From NCBI RefSeq assembly GCF_004010195.1, contig NC_057751.1:5325223-5389222 (forward strand): DNA of 64,000 nucleotides, read 5' to 3'. A program made the translations under genes and the position numbers. Numbering within the stretch: the first letter of the stretch is position 1; each line of letters begins with the position of its first letter. The notes below the pieces were generated by a model, which made no database searches, was not told the DNA's origin, and saw only the letters and a program-made list of their open reading frames with translations. This stretch comes from Chiloscyllium plagiosum (Eukaryota). Of the stretch, positions 39,245-51,458 are shown piece by piece.

Positions 39245-39544
39245 ATTAGATTAGATTAGATTCCCTACAGTGTGGAAACAGGCCCTTCAGCCCAACAAGT
39301 CCACACCGACCCTCCAAATAGTAACCCACCCAGACCCATTTCCCTCTGACTAATGCACCTAACACTAAGAGCAGTTTAGCATGGCCAATTCACCTGACCT
39401 GCACATCTTTGGACTGAGGGAGGAAACTCACACAGACTTGGGGAGAATGTGCAAACTCCACACAGACAGCCCCCTTACGCAGGAATCAAACCCGGGTCCC
39501 TGGTGCTGTGAGGCAGCAGTGCTAACCACTGAGCCACCGTGCCA
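39245..39544 (-). mobile_element. HE1-type V-SINE
   Basis: Reverse-complement head, partly deleted core, (ATTAG)n tail. Confidence 0.88.
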
Positions 39545-39996
39545 CTCCCTTTGATGGGTCCTTAGTGACTGTGCAGGCTCTCTGAATGAGCTATCCAAAT
39601 TGTTGCACCCATCAGCTATGGCCCCTTCTGTCTCCACATCCCTGCAGGGATTCTCCTGCTTTATTGACCAAGCTCCCTTTGGAATGTTCCTGTTTAATCT
39701 GCTTCTCCATGCCCTTTCAGGCAGTGAGTTCCAGATCAGCGCTCTCTCAGTCTGAAACAAATCCACATCTTCTCTCTTAATCCCGGTCACCTTAAATCTC
39801 CACCTCTACAGCTACTGGGAGCTGTTTCTTCTGATGTTCCTGAATAGAACCCCCTCATGATTTCAAGCATGTTGTCTCGCGGAGTCATTGAGATCTGCTG
39901 CACAGAAAAAGGTGCTTGGGCCCAACAAGTCTGTGCTTGTCAAAAGCAGCCTCCTCACAAGTCAAATCCCCTTTCCCAGCCCTTGGCCTATAGCAT

Positions 39997-40585
39997 GCTG
40001 CCCCTTAGTAAGGTTATATTGTCCTTGGTTTTTCCAAAATGGGTCATAAAGGCAGAGGTGCCGGTATGTCTGGAAGTGGCTACTCAAAACAATGGAAGGG
40101 GAGTGGACAGTCCTCCCAGTTCAGGGTTTTGCTTTTCCAGTTTGGTTCAGTTTCAGCAAGGAGTCAGAAAACTGCTGGGGACCGAGAGAAGCAGCTCCGG
40201 TGAAAAGAGGTTCCATGCTTCAACAGATGTTTCATACCTGAACTATCTCTCTGAAATCTCTCCAGCCTGTAAGAATCTGTGTTTGACTTTACCATTTGCC
40301 AAGGGGTGAGTTTATGGGATGTTGTAGGGATTGGAACAGCCCCTTAATTAAGTTGCAGTACAAAGTCAGTTGGATTATCAAATTCTAATTTCTGTTTTTC
40401 TTTCGTTCCTGTTTCATTGGTACTGTGTAAATAAATTGTTTTATTTAAAGGTGAGTGGTTTGACCAGCTGCATCACACCTGGAATATCCATTTTACATCT
40501 GCCTTTAAAAAAATTAAAACTAGGCTCTGGGCTACCTCTTTAAAATGTTTTAAGGTGGGGATCTGGTCTGGCCTGGTCCATAACA
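39997..40585 (+). mobile_element. Solo LTR-like element, sense to the gene
   Basis: Ends CCATAACA, the reverse complement of the TGTTATGG start of the 12674 and 60422 copies; AATAAA at 40430-40435; 5' boundary approximate. Confidence 0.6.
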
Positions 40586-40761
40586 CTGTGTCTCGGCATG
40601 GCAAGTGCACAGCTCCATCCTTCTTCAATATGATGAGGGTTTCGGTCTCCCCCACCCTTACATTCCATGTTCCCCACTGCCCTCATGGTACTGTTTGAAT
40701 GAGAATGTTTGGTATCTCAATCAGCTTTCTAATTCCTCTTCCCTCTCCTCTCCTCCTCCAG

Positions 40762-40800
40762 ATCATCAAAGAGCCCCCTCCACCTCCCATGGATGATGAG
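40762..40800 (+). CDS. ANTXR1: ANTXR1-like exon (~exon 14): IIKEPPPPPMDDE
   Basis: Strong pyrimidine tract, ccag|ATC...GAG|gtaagt, 39 bp, phase 0-0. Confidence 0.93.
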
Positions 40801-40911
40801 GTAAGTCCTGTTTTTCTCACCTTCCCCACCGTGGTGATGTCAAACAGTGAAACCCTGGCTAGAGGGTGTCAGAACTTTCATTCAGCAGCTGGCTGGGTGG
40901 CTGTGATGGAC

Positions 40912-41022
40912 AGAGAGAGAGAGAGAGAGAGAGAGGAAGAGGGAGAGAGAGAGAGAGGAAGAGAGAGAGAGAGGAGGATGGAGAGAGAGAGAGAGAGCAA
41001 GGGAGAGAGAGAGAGAGAGGAG
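40912..41022. repeat. (GA)n-rich microsatellite
   Basis: Direct reading. Confidence 0.95.
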
Positions 41023-41480
41023 ACACATCATGATGCTGAGTTTGGTTTTGATGTAGAAATAGGACCTATGGAGAATTTTAAACTTGGAGGCCTTGGCTGT
41101 TTGAGGAGAGGGAGGCCGGCTGGGAAATGAACTGCCCATTGCTTCCTACCTACTCCATTGAAGTGGATGGAATTCTGTGTGGCAAGGGAATTGAGCTCAG
41201 GGTGAATGAAGTGAGGCTGAAGGGGCAGCCCATTGGACATTGTTCATGAAGGCAGATGCACATTAGACATGAAACCAAATGGACCAGCTCTTGCTCAATT
41301 TCCAAGTCCTTGCGATCTGCAGCAGCCATCTCATGGGCAAAAAGCAAAGAGGTGCTCCCATGGTCTCAAACATCGCTCTTGCTCTGCCACTGGCACTGCC
41401 TGTTTGAGTCTGTTCAGGTGACAGGTAGATCACAGCCACTGTGCTGGTGCTGTCTGGTACACTGTGCACCTTTAGCCCAG

Positions 41481-41695
41481 GGTTGGTGCCAGAAAAAGCA
41501 CAGCAGGTCAGGCAACATCTGAGGAGCAAGAGAGTCCACGTTTCAGGCCGGGCCCATCATCCTGATGTTCAGGATTCCTGATGAAGGGTTGAGCCCAAAA
41601 CGTCGATTCTCCTGCTCCTCGGATGCTGGGCTTTTCCAGAGCCATACTTTCTCAACTCTAACTTCTCCAGCATCTGCAGTCCTCACTATCTCCTG
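41481..41695. mobile_element. Fold-back Penelope-like pseudo-LTR insertion with 10-bp TSD
   Basis: TTTAGCCCAG at 41471-41480 and 41696-41705; same family as 33961; degenerate hammerhead CTGATGAAGGGTTGAGCCCAAAACGTC. Confidence 0.8.
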
Positions 41696-43232
41696 TTTAG
41701 CCCAGAGTTACTGACAGTTCAGTCCCAGATGCTGAGATTCAGGCCATTGTCTCTGCAAACAATGGGAGCTGTGTGTGCAGTCCACAACACCCCAGCTGGT
41801 CAATATGTCTCAGCCTGGGGCAGCTGCCAGATGGTGATGGATGTGGAACCTGTTGGCATGGACGTGCATCCTTGGGAACTGTATTCTTGGGATAGGAAGG
41901 TGTGCACATGACAATGACCCAGTGTCATTGACAAGCTTACCATTGCATCGGAAGCATAGCAGCATTAATATATGACCCGAGGGTCACCCATTTCTCTCTG
42001 TTAGCACAGAGGGTGGTTACAAACACCCTTTCATAGCAGGGACACACATTCTTTGTCAAAGAACCCAGGCAGCTCCTCAATCCTTCAAACACAAATCACC
42101 AGATTGATTCCACAAGTGAGGGATGAGGGATTGAGCAGTTTAGGTCGATACTGTGGAGTTAAGAAGAATGTAAGGAGATCTAATCGAGGTGCACAAGATG
42201 CAAAAGGGAATTGATGAAATGGAGAGGATGTTCCCTCATGTGGGGCAATCAGAGATTGAACGAGAGATTGGAGTTTCAGGATAAGGACCTGGATGGATTC
42301 CAAACAGAAGTGAGGATGAATGAATTCTCTCAAAGTGCTGTGAATCTGTGGATTTCACTCTCTCAGAGTACGGCCAATGCTAGGAGATTGAGTACATTGA
42401 AGGAGGAGACAGGGAAAACCATCAATGAGTTATGGGTTGAAGGGGAGAGGGCAGCATGCAGGAAAGTGGAGTTGGGGCCAAGATGAGATCAGCCTTGTTT
42501 GTGTTAAAAGGCAGCGCAGGCTGGAGGGGCTGAATGGCCTCCTCCTGCTCCTAGTTCTCATGTACTTGGTCACGATGATGACAAAAACTGTCATCGATTG
42601 TTCAGAAACCCATCTGGGAGGTGAATATGCCTGAGTGAAAACCAGTCTGGTTTACATCGGACGACAGATCCACAGCAATGTGCTGGATTCCCAAGTCCCT
42701 GAACAAGCCACTCAGTTCAAGGACAAATATGAGGACCGACCTGAAAAAATGAATAAATTTCTTTGGGTTATGCTGAATTGCAGTGTAATTTGATATTCAA
42801 AATGATGAAGAAAGGGAACAGTGCGGATCCAGACAAGCTGTTAGTTGTGAGTGCTGGGCTCAGTGGATTTAGATTCAATCGAAGAGGTTCAAGAGAAAGA
42901 GTGGAAGATATCTTTCAGTCTCGAAATTGTGAGGCTGAACAGCGATAATTAAGGCAGTGATCTTGTTACTGTTTCCTAGATTAAAGAGGTGTTTCAAAGA
43001 GAAGAGATTAGAAAGGAACAGCTGACTCAGCACACATAGGATTAAACCACAATGTGTACCAGTTGGGTCAAGTGTTGTTTAAAACACACGTCCTCTCAGT
43101 CACAGGGCAAAAGACATCTTTACAAGACAGCAACAGGAGGGGTATCAAGATCTTGGACTAAGTGTAGAGATTATCTTGTTTTTATTTGTAAATGTGACAG
43201 GAAGGTGTCGACGTGACAGGCCAGTTAAGAAT

Positions 43233-43755
43233 CAGAGAATTCCCACAGTGCAGAACAAAGCCATTCGGCCCATCGAGTCTACACTGACTCTCTGAAGAGC
43301 AGCCCACCCAGACCCAGTTCCCCATCCTCTCCCCATAACCTCACATTTCCCATGGCAAGTCCACTGTAACCTGTGCATCTTTGGAATGTGGGAGGAAAGC
43401 GGAGCACCCGGAGGAAACCCACCCAGACATGAGGAGGACGTGCAAACTCCACACAGTCAGTCAGTCACCCAAGGCTCACCCAAGATTCCACCCTTGTTCT
43501 CCTCGTGTCTGCGTGGGTTTCCTCCGGGTGTTCCGGTTTCCTCCCACAATCCAAAGATATGCAGGTTACGGTGGATTGGCTGTGGGAAATTGCTCCACAG
43601 TGTCCAGGGATGTGCAGGCTTGGGGGGCTTAGCCATGGGAAAGGTAGGGTTACAGGGATAGGCTAGGGCGTGGGTCTGGGTGCCACACTCTTCAGAGGAT
43701 CGGTGAGAACTTGAAGGGCTGAATGGCCTGCCACCACACTGTAGGAATCCTATGA
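43233..43755. mobile_element. Two HE1-type SINEs head-to-head (minus ~43233-43476, plus ~43498-43755), both lacking tRNA heads
   Basis: GGAGCACCCGGAGGAAACCCAC on the left and its complement GTGGGTTTCCTCCGGGTGTTCC on the right. Confidence 0.85.
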
Positions 43756-44349
43756 AATCTGTGCTGACAATCCCTGATCAATTCCTGCCTTTCCAAATGT
43801 TGATTACTCCTGTCCTTCGGATGTTTTTCCCAATAATTGCCCTACCCTTGATGTCAGGCTAACTTGTTTGTAATTACCTAATCTATCCCTGTTGCCCTCG
43901 AACAAAGGAAGCATATTAGCTAACCTGCAGTCATGTGGCACTTCATCTGTGGCCAGTGCAGTATGAAATATCTCTACCAGCAATCTCCTCCCTTGCCCCC
44001 TGTAGCTGCCTGAGTTAGATCTGATCAGGATCTTGAGGGGTTTCAAAGAATGAGGGATTTGGATGATGTGGTCTGGAACCAGCTTGGATTTTTTGTTTCT
44101 GCTCGAATCAGTTGAAGGTGAGGCCTTTAAAATCACGCATAGTTTTGTGACGATAGAAAGGAAATGGTTGTTTTTACTGGCATGCTGGCTGGTAACTGAA
44201 GAGACAGGGGGTGGTGGAGATGGACAGGGAGAGTGTTTCTGTGCGACTCAAGAGTGCAATATGCTGCAGAGTTGGTGGGCAGTGATTCTGCATTCTGGAT
44301 TAGTGGTGCTGGAAGAGCACAGCAGTTCAGGCAGCATCCAAGGAGCTTC

Positions 44350-44388
44350 GAAATCGACGTTTCGGGCAAAAGCCCTTCATCAGGAATA
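44350..44388 (-). ncRNA. Minimal hammerhead ribozyme motif in the pseudo-LTR
   Basis: Reverse complement reads TATTC-CTGATGA-A-GGGC-TTTT-GCCC-GAAA-CGTC-GATTTC. Confidence 0.68.
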
Positions 44389-44660
44389 AAGGCAGCTAGA
44401 GGAGGGTGGGGTGGGGAGAAAGTAGCATAGAGTACAATGGGTGAGTGGGGGAGGGGATGAAGGTGATAGGTCAGGGAGGAGAGGGTGGAGTGGATAGGTG
44501 GAAAAGGAGATAGGCAGGGTCCTTGGATGGAGGTGAGGGAGGAGGTGTGGGCGCTGGTTTTACAGTTCCTGCGGTGGCAGGGGAAAGTGCCAGGATGGGA
44601 GGGTGGGTCGTAGGGGGGCGTGGACCTGACCAGGTAGTCACGGAGGGAGCGGTCTTTGCG

Positions 44661-44978
44661 GAAGGCGGAGAGGGGTGGGGAGGGAAATATATCCCTGGTG
44701 GTGGGGTCTGTTTGGAGGCGGAGAGGGGTGGGGAGGGAAATATATCCCTGGTGGTGGGGTCTGTTTGGAGGCGGAGAGGGGTGGGGAGGGAAATATATCC
44801 CTGGTGGTGGGGTCTGTTTGGAGGCGGAGAGGGGTGGGGAGGGAAATATATCCCTGGTGGTGGGGTCTGTTTGGAGGCGGAGAGGGGTGGGGAGGGAAAT
44901 ATATCCCTGGTGGTGGGGTCTGTTTGGAGGCGGAGAGGGGTGGGGAGGGAAATATATCCCTGGTGGTGGGGTCTGTTT
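44661..44978. repeat. 53-bp G-rich tandem repeat, 6 copies, inside the Penelope-like ORF
   Basis: Units start at 44661, 44714, 44767, 44820, 44873 and 44926; essentially identical. Confidence 0.97.
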
Positions 44979-45504
44979 GGGGGTGGGGGGAATGTCGGCG
45001 GATGATTTGGTTTATGCGGAGGTTGGTAGGGTGGAAGGTGGGCACCAGGGGCGTTCTGTCCTTGTTGCGGTTGGGGGGGTTGGGTCTGAGGGCGGAGGTG
45101 CGGGATGTGGATGAGATGCGTTGGAGGGCATCTTTAACCACGTGGGAAGGGAAATTGCGGTCTCTAAAGAAGGAGGCCATCTGGTGTGTTCTGTGGTGGA
45201 ACTGGTTCCCCTGGGAGCAGATCCGGCGGAGGCGGAGGAATTGGGAATACGGGATGGCATTTTTGCAAGAGCTGGCTTTCAGATGGGAGGGAAATTCACA
45301 CTTGGAATGGGAACATTGCAGAGGAACAGGAAATGACCATGGGAGGGGATTGGGGAGTGCAGGGAAGGTTTCGCGCTCTGCAAGACTCTGCCCAGACACT
45401 GTGGATTCACATCTCCCGTTGTCCTCTCCTGTTTTCATTCTGATCATTCGGTAGATCCTGCCTGCTCCTTCATTGCATGGCACTCTGAGGGAAGTGGAGA
45501 GAGA

Positions 45505-45556
<52 letters not shown>

Positions 45557-47421
45557 CACATAGAGAGAGAGAGAGAGATCCCTCAGCAGAGGCATTCATC
45601 CTCACCCTGCCTCAGCTCATTCTCAGAGGGTTTCGGGCAATGAGAGGACGGATGAAGAGCAGGGAAATTATTGAGTGTAGCCTGGGCTCAACCATGGTTG
45701 ATTCTTTCTGCACACGTTATGTCCATGATGACCTGAGCTCCGAGATACCTGGGAATTGGGTTTTCGAAACTTCAGGCTCTGGCTCTGACTATCTGTCTGC
45801 TCCTCCTGACGTTAGTGATGGAATGCTGTCGAATTGACTGCAGGAAGAACCCCACAGGCTGCTGTAGTAACAGACAGGAGGGAATCTCTCTGTCACTCTA
45901 TCTTCCACATGCTGCTTACTATGGCTGCCTGCTTAGTGGTACAGCAGCCCCCCCCCAGAATTAAAACTGGGAGTTATCCTGACAGGTTGGTGTCTGTGAC
46001 TGTCCTTTCTCCTCCTCAGTAAAATCATAATGTTGTAAGATATTGGAGCAAAAGTAGGCCATTCGGCCCATTGAGTCTGTTCCACCATGCAATAGGATCA
46101 CAGCTTTGTGGTAGATATTAATATTCCAGGTGAAATTCTTCACTGTGTTCCTTAATGTTGCAAAAGGGAACTCCTCATCCCAGTCACACCCAGAGGGTGC
46201 CACTCTCTGCAGCTGAGACAGGCTGTCCCGTGGTTTGAGGGCTGGCTCTGGGATTTCTGGCTGAGACAACCCGGAGCAGCTGAAGGTGTGGGAAAAGCTA
46301 GATTTCTCAAAGCCAAGAACGTCGAATTATATAAAACCTCACACAACTTCAAGGTATTCCACGCGCTTTACCGTGAGGTTGCAAAATGGGGAATGCCGCA
46401 ACCGATTTGCGCACAGAAAGATCCCAAACACAGCAATGAGCTAGGTGTCCGCGTCAGCCAGGTGAGGCCTGTACTGAAGGTTAACCGTTAGCCAGGATCC
46501 CAAGAGCACTCCCCTGTTCTCCTCTGAAGAGAGTCATGATATCATTCATGTTGTGTGAAAAGCTCCTGTGCACAATGCAGCACAACCCTGAAGGATCAAT
46601 TCAGCTTCTGTCCTTGGGGTGGAGCTTGACCCCTGAACCTACTGGCACCGAGGTGAGAGTGTGAGAGTGGGTCCCTATTTCAGGATGCAGAGAAGGGGCA
46701 CAAGGTGAGGCAGAGTTTGTTTCAGAAGAAGTGGAGGAAGAGCAAGATCTTGCCAACTAACACTGAAGACGTTCCTTCTGCTGACATTAATGAGTGAAAA
46801 ACTCCAACCCATTGGCTGATCGGTGGGTTGTAGATAAGGCTGCTTTGTTGGACATAGTTTCAGCTTTGCAAGCAGGTATTCATTCTGAATGAACGGAGAG
46901 AGAATGGGCGAGGTCACACCTGCAAGGCTGGCTTTCTGCATTTCACCCTTCTGATTGAAACGATCAGGTTTTCTTTTTTAAATCGGTGGCCACCCAGCAG
47001 AGGGAAAGCAAAGTAGACAAAAAAAAAAATTGAAAGAAAACTCAGATCATTTGTGACACGGCCAGCCTGTCAGGTGGACGGGACGGTCAGATTCCAAATG
47101 TGGGAGCACACTGTGTGAGTCCTGAGTGTTCATTTCCATTCACGTTGTACCTGGATCTTTCGGGTTCAGACCTGCAGTTTAAACAGCAAGCCTCCTTGCC
47201 TCAGATGGTCTGTGATCAAAGCCACAAAAATGCAGCCACTTATTTATATGACCCTGAGACAAAACTCCACGTGGAAATTACTGGAAGCAAGATGTGACAC
47301 AACAGACCTGGAATTCTCAGTGTGGTTCATCTCTTCGATGTGGTACATCCCCAAAGTCTTCAGCTTTGTTGAAATGGGCCTTCTGCCTGCCCATATGTTT
47401 AGCTTCACAGATGACCATATA

Positions 47422-47544
47422 ATGAAGGGCTTTTGCCTGAAACGTTGATTCTCCTGCTCCTCGGATGCTGCCTGACCTGCTGTGTTTTTCCAGCGCCGCA
47501 TTTTTTGACTCTGATCTCCAGCATCAGCAGTCCTCACTCTCTCC
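47422..47544 (+). mobile_element. Solo Penelope-like pseudo-LTR with 14-bp TSD
   Basis: CAGATGACCATATA at 47408-47421 and 47545-47558; the insert starts inside the hammerhead core (ATGAAGGGCTTTTGCCTGAAACGTT). Confidence 0.85.
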
Positions 47545-48469
47545 CAGATGACCATATATGTTAAACACATAAACTCTGAGATTTGAGCTTAAAGAATAAG
47601 GAATTCTTGAAGGCAAAAGTTAATGGAGGCGTTACCAAGTTGGAACCCCCTGGGGCTAATCAGTTTCACTCCTCCACACTTCCCAAGGAAACGTCATGGA
47701 CCCTGCCAAGTGATGGTCCATGAGAGAGAACCACAGGAATTGCTGGAAGGTCCATCAGGTTCTTCAGTTGATGAGACTCCTCTTGGAAGCAGCTGAGAAA
47801 ATGGGAAGATTGTTGGCGCGTTACCATGAAATGTTTCCACATCAAACTCGGACAGTGCTGGAGAACCTCAGCAGGTCTGGTGGCATCTGTGGAGGGACAG
47901 ACAGAAGTAATCTGAAGGGGTCAGACTGGACTGGAAACTCTCTCTGTCTCTCTCACACCCCCACAGATGCTGCCAGACCGACTGAATTTCTCCAGCACTG
48001 TCCGTGCATGGTTTCCCGTTTCCAGCATCTGCAGTTAATCTGCTTTTATTCAAACGTTTTTACCTGTCTTGTGAATAGAGCAGGGAGATGGATGGTGTCT
48101 CCTTCACAGATGACTAACATCCAGGGACCGGCTTTGACTCTAGCCCCCTGCCCAGTTTGGACAACAACTTTACTGTCAGCTCGCCCCCCTCCCCCCCCCC
48201 CAACCTCCTCCCTCCCTCATCCCCCCGACCCCTGCTCCACCCCCAGCCCCATTATAGCTTCTGGGGTTAGTGGAGGTATGTGTCTGAACAGAAGAACAAA
48301 ATGGAAAAGCCCCAGTCTCTGTGCACTCTGCAGGCGCCACAGTGCATGGCTGTGCAGGGAACATTCAGAGTAAAAATGATCACTTCCTCAGTCAGCAATG
48401 AGTGTGACAATTTGTCTTGAACACTGGTTGACACATCTGTGCTGCCCATTGGGTCAAGAATTTGGAAGA

Positions 48470-49080
48470 TTTTGATTTGATCTGATGTGATTTGTTATTG
48501 TCGCATGTACCTGAGTACAGTGAAAAGTTTTGTTTTGTGTGCAGTACAGACAGTGCTTGAGGGTAATAGAACAGAGTGAGGAACACAGTGTTACAGTTGC
48601 AGTGTGGGTGTACAGAGAGCGAGGTCAACATGACATTGAAAATTTGGGAGATCCATTCAGTGTCCTAACAGCAGCAGGGAAGAGCTGTTCTGGAACCTGT
48701 TAGTATGTGTGTTTAAGCTTTTGTATCTTCTCCCTGATGGAAGGGGTTAGAAGAGTTGATAACTGGGGTGGGAGGGGTCCTTGATAATGGTGGCTGCCTT
48801 CCTGAGGCAGCAGGAAGTGTAGATGGGGCCAATGGATGGAAAGTTGGCTCACGTGATGGTATGGGCTGTGTTCACAAATTGCTGTAATTTCTCACTGTCC
48901 AAGGCAGAGCAGTTGCCATAGCAAGCCGTGACGCATCCAGGGAGTAGGGTTTCTATGGTACATCTATAAAAATCGGTCAGCGTCTTTACGCTAATGCCAC
49001 ATTTCCTTTGCCTCCTGAGGAAGTTTCAATGTTGTGTTTTCTTCATCGATGTGGACGGACCAGGGCAGATTATTGGTGAT
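48470..49080 (-). mobile_element. Rex1/Babar- or L2-like LINE 3' fragment
   Basis: Minus strand encodes LPSGRRYKSL, a recalled C-terminal motif of these clades; short-repeat tail at the left end. Confidence 0.55.
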
Positions 49081-50945
49081 CCCTGAGTGGGAAAAGGGCT
49101 CTCTCAATGCGAGTTCAATCTTTACCATTCAGTTTCACATTTGGGAAGCTTTGATTCAATCACAAAACTATTTTGCTGCCGTTGGCTGGTAAACAAAAAC
49201 AAAAACACAATTATTCGGTTGTTACGTGACAAGGATGCACTGTTTCAGTGTCCCAGAGACAATACAGTATAGCCCACTTGGAGGAGCGACTGATGACCCA
49301 AGGCCTTTGATTGATCACTGAGGGAGAGAAGAGGGCTGAATGGCCAGGGTTTAGCCCTGAACCAACCTCACAAAAAACAGCTTGTTATCCTGACATTGAG
49401 CACACTCTTGTATCTGAAACCTTCCTGTGAGCAAATTGGCAGCTGCTGTTCCTCTTATTGAAGCAGGGACTCTGATACAAATCTGCTTCACTGGTTGGAA
49501 AACACTATGAGACATCCTGAGGCTGTGGAAGGTGCTACGTAAATGCAAGCTAGTTTTTTTTTCCTTCCTGTTCTAAATGTAAGTGGACAGGCCATGACAT
49601 GACATGTGACTGCAGGACCCTTCCTTGTGCCACACATTCGGAAGTAATAACAGCACCAATCAGGGCTCAGAGACTCCCGAGATGTTCACAGCATGGAAAA
49701 GGCCTTCCAGCCCATTGAGTCTGCACCAAACTCTCCTTGTCCAACTGTCCAGCACTTGTCCCATAGGCTTGTATGTCTGCCCAAAACAAGTGCACATTGG
49801 TGTGTTTCTTCAATATCATGTGGGATTCTACCTGTCCCATCATCACAGGCAGTGCACAGTCTGTTAAACATTGGCATCTCCACCTCTGAGACAGACTGGG
49901 GTAATAAGAAGCTGTTCTCCGTTGGCTAGTGTACTTTGTAATGACTCGTGGATGGAAAATCATCCCCAGATACAGCATGAATCAATTGTGTTCTCAGACA
50001 ACAAGAGGAAGACCACCAAGAACGATAGAAAAATGTCACCGTTGGCTTGTCAGGGATTGTGTTCAATGTTGAATGAAGCCTGTTGCTCTTGGGGCATAGT
50101 GAGGGGAAGTAACAGATAGATGGTTGGCGTCATCAGTGGTTGGTATTTCCCAGCATCCCCACCTGTTTCTCCCAAACGGACACCAATGGATGACTCCTCA
50201 TTATTAAAATTGCGTCCAAGCTAGAATGACTTCAGCCAGTGCTGAGGCCATTGTGTCTGAATGAGAACTTCTTATTCAAGGGATGGGGGTGTCTGTGGCT
50301 GGACCATCCCTAATTGCTCAGAGGGCAGTTAAGAGTCAACACCTTGCTGTGGGTGTGGAGTCACGGGTAGGCCAGACCAGCTAAGGATGGCAGTTTCCTT
50401 CCCTAAAGGACATGAGTGAATCGGATGGGATTTGACAAGTGACAATGGTCACATGGTCACTGTTCAGATCTCACCATCTGCCAGAGCTATGCCCAAGAAC
50501 ATGAGGCTCCCTGGATTACTAGGCCAGTGGTATTACCACTCAACATTGTTTGCTGTGTGTGTGTGTGTGGAGGAGGGCAGGGAATGTGTGTGTTTGTTGT
50601 GTGTGCTGTCCAATAATCAACAATGGTTTCATGGTCACCATGAGACCATTAATCCCAGATTCTTTATTGAATTCCAATTCCACCATATACCATGGTTGGA
50701 TTCAAACCCCAGATGTCCAGCACACGAGCAGAGCTGCCTGGATTAATAATCTCATCGCCTCTGTGTTGGTCGACTATGTTGTCTGTGTCAGTGTTGGTGG
50801 ACCATCCTTCACTGGTACTTCCTCTGGGAATATCTGATACTTGGAGTTTGTCAGAGACGGCTGTCAAAATGCCTCCACTGGGGTCATTCATTTTCAGTGC
50901 TTTCCCAAGGTCAGCAACACCCAGGTTCAGGACAACGTGTTTAGG

Positions 50946-51458
50946 GTCATAGTCATCGTGATGTACAACACTGAAAGAGACCCTTTGGTCCAACTCATCA
51001 ATGCTGACCAGATATCCTAACCTAATCTAGACCCACTTTCCAACACTTGGCCCATATCCCTCTAAAACCCTTCCTATTCACAGACCCATCCAAATTCCTT
51101 TTCAATGTTGCAATTGTACCAGCCTCCACCACATCCTCTGGCAGCTCATTCCACACACGTACCACTCTCTTAGGTCTAAGTTGCCCCTTAGGTCCCTTTT
51201 ATATCTTGCCGCTCTCACCCTAAACCTATGCCCTCTAGTTCTGGACTCCCCAACCCCAAGGAAAAGCCGTTCTCTATTTACCCTACCCATGCCCCTCATA
51301 ATTTTATAAACCTCTACAAGGTCACCCCTCCGACGCTCCAGGGAAAACAGCCCCAGCCTGTTCAGCCTCTCCCTGTAGCTCAAACCCTCCAACCCAGGCA
51401 ACATCCTTGTAAATCTTTTCTGAACCCTGTCAAGTTCCACAACATCCTTCCGATAGGA
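50946..51458 (-). mobile_element. CR1-like LINE 3' fragment
   Basis: RVQKRFTRMLPGLEGLSYRERLNRLGLFSLERRR. Confidence 0.9.

Larger units (their letters stand above)
44297..45272 (-). mobile_element. Truncated, internally deleted Penelope-like retroelement
   Basis: Minus ORF IPYSQFLRLRRICS...PLVPTFHP (RT thumb/linker), GTFPCHRRNCKT Zn-finger-like linker, then 3' pseudo-LTR. Confidence 0.88.

Noticed and set aside
40801..41130. 109-codon in-frame read-through after the 39-bp exon (RE-rich tail)
   Set aside because: Largely explained by a stop-free GA microsatellite; a consensus GTAAGT donor is present
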